NCBI GenBank assembly: GCA_934162205.1
Contig: CAKPIA010000004.1
Coordinates: 61,466-93,465, forward strand
DNA length: 32,000 nucleotides
Direction of reading: 5' to 3'
Origin: an uncultured Clostridia bacterium
GTDB taxonomy: Bacteria; Bacillota; Clostridia; TANB77; CAG-508
Below, piece by piece: positions 26,761-32,000 of this stretch. The position numbers were made by a program, and so were the translations under genes. Every line of letters starts with the position of its first letter. Position 1 is the stretch's first letter. The notes beneath the pieces are model-generated. The model did no database searches. It was not told where the DNA came from and was given only the letters and a program-made list of their open reading frames with translations.

Positions 26761-27110
26761 TATGTATTCTCATATAATTTTTTATTATAATTTTTGCATT
26801 TATTTTAGCACTTTAATTTATGTTAATTTACATATTTTTATGCATTTTTTATTTATATTTAAAGTTTTTTATCATTTTATAATTATGTATACTTTTATTT
26901 TTTATATTTTATTGCTGCTTTTTTTGTGTTTTCTTTTTTATTTTTTATTAAATATCTTTATTAGTTTTTTCATTTTGTTTATTCAATTCAACATAATTTT
27001 TATAGGTCTGTTTTTATAAAATATCTTTATCTAAATTTTAATTTTATATTTTAATTTTATATTTTTATTTTATTATTTTTATTATTTTATTATTATTTAT
27101 TATTATTTAT

Positions 27111-27215
27111 TTTTTATTTTCTATTTTTTATTTTCTATTTTTTATTTTCTATTTTTTATTTTCTATTTTTTATTTTTTATTTTTTATTTTCTATTTTTAT
27201 TTTTTACTTTTTATT
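27111..27215. repeat. 14-bp tandem repeat (CTATTTTTTATTTT), 4 exact plus about 3 degenerate units
   Basis: The only C residues recur at 27121, 27135, 27149, 27163 and 27191, a 14-bp period. Shorter 13-bp and 9-bp AT repeats precede the array (27036-27110). Confidence 0.8.
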
Positions 27216-27274
27216 TCAAAAATTTTGAATAAATATTTTTATTTTGTTAATAATAATTTTATAAGGTTAATAAT

Positions 27275-27534
27275 AGTTGAGCCAAGAATATTAATGGATT
27301 ATATTTAGTTTATTAATATTCGGACAAAGATAAATAATAGTTTATTTTTATAGATTATTTTTTGTCGGCGAGAAGAATATATTTTTTGTATGCAAGCTAT
27401 GTTGCAACATGGTTAAATTATAGGAAATATATTCGAGCTAAGATTATTCTTTTATCTAATTAATGGTTATTACTAGTCCTATTCGGATGAATATAGTTAT
27501 TTATGGTGTATTAATAGTCGAACGAATGATTAAT
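27275..27534. repeat. array of six degenerate ~18-bp direct motifs (consensus about AKTCGRNCNAAGAW)
   Basis: Copies are agttgagccaagaatatt (27275), attcggacaaagataaat (27318), tgtcggcgagaagaatat (27363), attcgagctaagattatt (27431), attcggatgaatatagtt (27481) and agtcgaacgaatgattaat (27516). Weaker copies lie near 27543 and 27598. Confidence 0.5.
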
Positions 27535-27630
27535 ATATTTGGTATAGAGCTTATTTATATAGTAATATATATTAGGTTTAACTATTAGATATATTAGTTT
27601 TAGTGAAGATTATTATTAGCTTTATAGATT

Positions 27631-27670
27631 AATAGCAGGCAATTAAATTGCCTGCTATTAAATTTTTATA
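27631..27670. terminator. GC-containing hairpin terminator downstream of gyrB, with its T-run on the plus-strand side
   Basis: Arms aatagcaggcaatt / aattgcctgctatt (27631-27659) followed on the plus strand by aaTTTTTaTaTTTT. Confidence 0.55.
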
Positions 27671-27672
27671 TT

Positions 27673-29610
<1,938 letters not shown>

Positions 29611-30684
29611 CTAATTTTTTTCAGTAACTTTTCCTCTTGAAACATTATATAAGAAATATTTAAAATTTTCAAATGTTATTTTTTCAGTACATGTTATAAT
29701 AACCTGAATATCTTTTATATTTTTTAAAAAGTTTTTCTTTCTTTTATCATCTAATTCTGACATAAAATCATCTAATAATAAAATTGGATATTCTCCTATC
29801 TCATCATAAATAACTTGTAATTCTGATAATTTTAAAGAAAGAATTGCTGATCTATTTTGTCCTTGTGAACCATAAGTGCTCACTTCTTTATTATTTATAT
29901 ATATCATAAAATCATCTCTATGTACACCTTTTGTAGTAAATCCTTTTATAATATCTAATTTTCTTCTACTTTTTAATAAATCTAAAAAATTTTTTTCACT
30001 ATCAAAATCCGAAAAATATTTTATCTCTATTTCTTCATTATTGTCAGTAAAATTGCCATGTACAGCATATATTTTTTCTTTAATTTTTTCTATAAATTCT
30101 CTTCTATATTTATAAATTTTTTCACCATATTCTGCAAGTTTTTCATCCCAAATATCTAATAAATTTTCCTCTTTATTTTCTAATTTTATAAGTTTTAAAT
30201 AATTATTTCTTTGTTCTAAAGTTTTTAAGTAAAGATTTAAAATATAAATATAATTTGGTCTTAATTGACTTATCATAATATTTAAAAATTTTCTTCTTTT
30301 TTGAGGACTTCCTTTTAATATGTCTATATCTTCTGGAGTAAATAAAACTACATTTAAATTTCCTAGTAAATCACTTAATTTTTTTTGTTTTATACCATTT
30401 AAAAATATATTTTTTCTATTAGAAATCTGTATTTTTATATCACTTTTTCTATCTTTTTTTTCAAAATTTAATTCTACAATAGCTTCTTCTTTTTCAAATT
30501 TTATTAATTCTTTATCATTTTGTGTTTTAAAAGACTTACCCATACTGCATAAAAATATAGATTCAATAATATTAGTTTTTCCTTGTGCATTTTCTCCAAA
30601 AAAAATATTTATATTTTCTTTTAAATCTATTTTTTCCTCATCATAATTCCTAAAATTTTTTAATTTTATCTCTTTTATCCACAT
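29611..30684 (-). CDS. recF: DNA replication and repair protein RecF
   Basis: Walker A GENAQGKTNIIE and the C-terminal LLLDDFMSELD are present. The start was set at the second ATG (30684), which lies 6 nt after GGAG; the ORF-track ATG at 30696 overlaps that SD. Confidence 0.9.
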   Translation of the reverse strand: MWIKEIKLKNFRNYDEEKIDLKENINIFFGENAQGKTNIIESIFLCSMGKSFKTQNDKELIKFEKEEAIVELNFEKKDRKSDIKIQISNRKNIFLNGIKQKKLSDLLGNLNVVLFTPEDIDILKGSPQKRRKFLNIMISQLRPNYIYILNLYLKTLEQRNNYLKLIKLENKEENLLDIWDEKLAEYGEKIYKYRREFIEKIKEKIYAVHGNFTDNNEEIEIKYFSDFDSEKNFLDLLKSRRKLDIIKGFTTKGVHRDDFMIYINNKEVSTYGSQGQNRSAILSLKLSELQVIYDEIGEYPILLLDDFMSELDDKRKKNFLKNIKDIQVIITCTEKITFENFKYFLYNVSRGKVTEKN

Positions 30685-30738
30685 ATTGTGCTCCATCTGT
30701 GTATTAATATAATTAAAAGTAAGAGATTTCTCCTACTT

Positions 30739-31854
30739 TTAATCTTTTAATCTTATTGGTAATATCATATATGTATAATTATTGTTATCTACAGGTTTTA
30801 TTAAACATGGAGATATATTTGTTCCTAATTCTACATATACTTCTTCTTCGTCAATTGCTTTTAAACTATCTAAGAAATATTTTGGATTAAATCCTGCTTC
30901 TATATTTTTTCCTTCTGTAGAAACATATATTTCTTCTTTGGCATCTCCAGTTTGATTTGTACAAGAAATAGTAACTTTTCCTATTTCAACAGATACTTTT
31001 ACTGGATATTTTTTTTCTTTTTCTACTGAAGATGATGATATTAAACTAATTCTTTCAAAACAATCTTGTAAATTGTTTTTATTAACTTTTATTCTTGTTT
31101 CCCAATTACTTGGTATTACAGACTTGTAGTTTAAGAATTCACCTTCTAAAATTCTTGTAACTATTTTACAATTATCCATTTCAAATAAAGCTTGATTTTT
31201 TGAAACTCCTATTTTTATCATATCAAAAGAATCTAATAATATTTTATTAACTTCATTTAAAGTTTTTCCTGGTATAACAGCACTAAAATTATTTGTTTCT
31301 TTATTTAAGTAAATATTTCTTAATGCCAATCTAAATCCATCTACAGCAACTAATGTTAATTTGTTATTTTCTATTTCAAATAAACATCCTGTAAAAATTG
31401 GTCTATTTTCTTCTGTACTAACAGCAAATATTGTTTTTCTTATCATATTTTTTAAAGTATTTTGTTCTATTTCTATAGAATTTTCAACTTCTATTTTTGG
31501 TAATTCAGGAAATTCTTCTGGATTCATTGTTGCTAATTTATATAAAGATCCTTCACATTCAATTTCTAATAAATTTTTTTCATTTAATGTTAAATAAATT
31601 TCAGAATCTGGTAATTTTCTTATAATTTCACTAAACATTATTGCATTAACAACAGTAGAACCTTGTTCTTTAACTTCACAATCCATTACATATTCTATAC
31701 CAATTTCTAAATCATATGTAGTTAATTTTATTTCATTATCATTTGTTTGAATAAGAATTCCTTCTAGTATAGGCATTGTTGTTTTAGAAGCAACAGCTTT
31801 TACTACGGAATTAATAGCTTTAAGGATTTTGTCTTTATAACAAATTATCTTCAT
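30739..31854 (-). CDS. dnaN: DNA polymerase III beta sliding clamp
   Basis: 371-aa ORF with SD AAGGAGA. It has the typical three-domain beta-clamp length and an N-terminus MKIICYKDKILKAINSVVKAVASKTTMPILEGILI. Confidence 0.95.
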   Translation of the reverse strand: MKIICYKDKILKAINSVVKAVASKTTMPILEGILIQTNDNEIKLTTYDLEIGIEYVMDCEVKEQGSTVVNAIMFSEIIRKLPDSEIYLTLNEKNLLEIECEGSLYKLATMNPEEFPELPKIEVENSIEIEQNTLKNMIRKTIFAVSTEENRPIFTGCLFEIENNKLTLVAVDGFRLALRNIYLNKETNNFSAVIPGKTLNEVNKILLDSFDMIKIGVSKNQALFEMDNCKIVTRILEGEFLNYKSVIPSNWETRIKVNKNNLQDCFERISLISSSSVEKEKKYPVKVSVEIGKVTISCTNQTGDAKEEIYVSTEGKNIEAGFNPKYFLDSLKAIDEEEVYVELGTNISPCLIKPVDNNNYTYMILPIRLKD

Positions 31855-31911
31855 TGGCCTTATCTCCTTTATAATAAAATTAATATATATAGCAGTAATA
31901 GTATTAGGACA

Positions 31912-31984
31912 TGTGGAAAATGTGAAAAAACTTATAAAATATTAGTATGCCTAATAAAAATACTGTTTATAAATCAGTGGAAAA
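31912..31984. promoter_or_regulatory. DnaA-box cluster in the dnaA-dnaN spacer (part of oriC)
   Basis: TGTGGAAAA (31912-31920), TGTGAAAAA (31921-31929) and AGTGGAAAA (31976-31984) each match TGTGGATAA at 7-8 of 9 positions. They lie immediately upstream of dnaN. Confidence 0.6.
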
Positions 31985-32000
31985 CAAAATTATTAATCCA

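Noticed and set aside
26762-27019. ORF-track ORF (85 aa, plus strand).
   Set aside because: It is an extremely hydrophobic, low-complexity translation of T-rich DNA. It has no SD and no homology pattern, and it runs into the tandem repeats.
27111-27215. Possible CRISPR array.
   Set aside because: The 14-bp units are directly abutting with no spacers, the sequence is pure low-complexity AT, and there are no cas genes.
27240-27630. Second replication origin (DnaA-box cluster) or a known structured RNA (tmRNA, RNase P, 6S, SRP) downstream of gyrB.
   Set aside because: There are no TTATCCACA-like boxes. The GC content is far below that of the tRNAs here, and none of the conserved motifs of those RNAs are visible.
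12731-27672. Intact integrative conjugative element or plasmid-derived island.
   Set aside because: No relaxase, integrase/recombinase, replication initiator or flanking direct repeats could be found. Key genes carry frame breaks, missing start codons and a 1.1-kb interruption. It is therefore called a remnant.

Overview
This is a very AT-rich, Firmicutes/Clostridia-like chromosomal segment whose right edge reaches the dnaA-dnaN spacer of oriC (DnaA boxes at 31912-31984). Reading leftward on the minus strand (co-directional with replication) the order is dnaN, recF, gyrB. Where gyrA would normally follow, there are about 6.8 kb of foreign or decayed DNA, and only then gyrA (18410-20860). That 6.8 kb holds about 3 kb of almost G/C-free non-coding DNA with several repeat classes, a VirB4-like conjugation ATPase in three pieces, a REC-like/ParA-like ATPase and a 249-aa unknown protein. 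One VirB4 piece is a 191-codon stop-free frame with no ATG/GTG/TTG, so it is absent from the ORF track. Left of gyrA, on the plus strand (head-on to replication), lie dnaD-like and dnaI/dnaC-like helicase-loader genes and the other half of a type IV secretion/conjugation gene set: a VirD4-like coupling protein with a frame break, then VirB2-, VirB6- and VirB3-like membrane proteins. No relaxase or integrase is visible, so this looks like a rearranged, eroding conjugative element rather than an intact one. The rest of the window is mostly housekeeping: six tRNAs with encoded CCA, an SDR reductase, a DUF1858 protein, a CBM-like protein, a VanW/G5 protein, an HtrA protease, a DUF402 protein, a C39-like/SH3b wall protein and a Rieske fragment. 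The points most worth follow-up are listed here. (1) Both frame breaks of the element need a +1 shift at the same hexamer ATT-CGG, and CGG is otherwise unused in frame in this window. (2) Several element genes have a perfect GGAGG followed by ATT or ATA instead of a canonical start. (3) A degenerate CpG-containing motif array and a 14-bp tandem array lie between the element and gyrB. (4) A two-gene operon encodes a Nudix-pyrophosphatase fusion and an 833-aa adenosine-deaminase-like protein with a SLOG/LOG-like C-terminal domain, which is an effector-plus-sensor architecture. All family calls come from motif reading by eye; no database search was possible.
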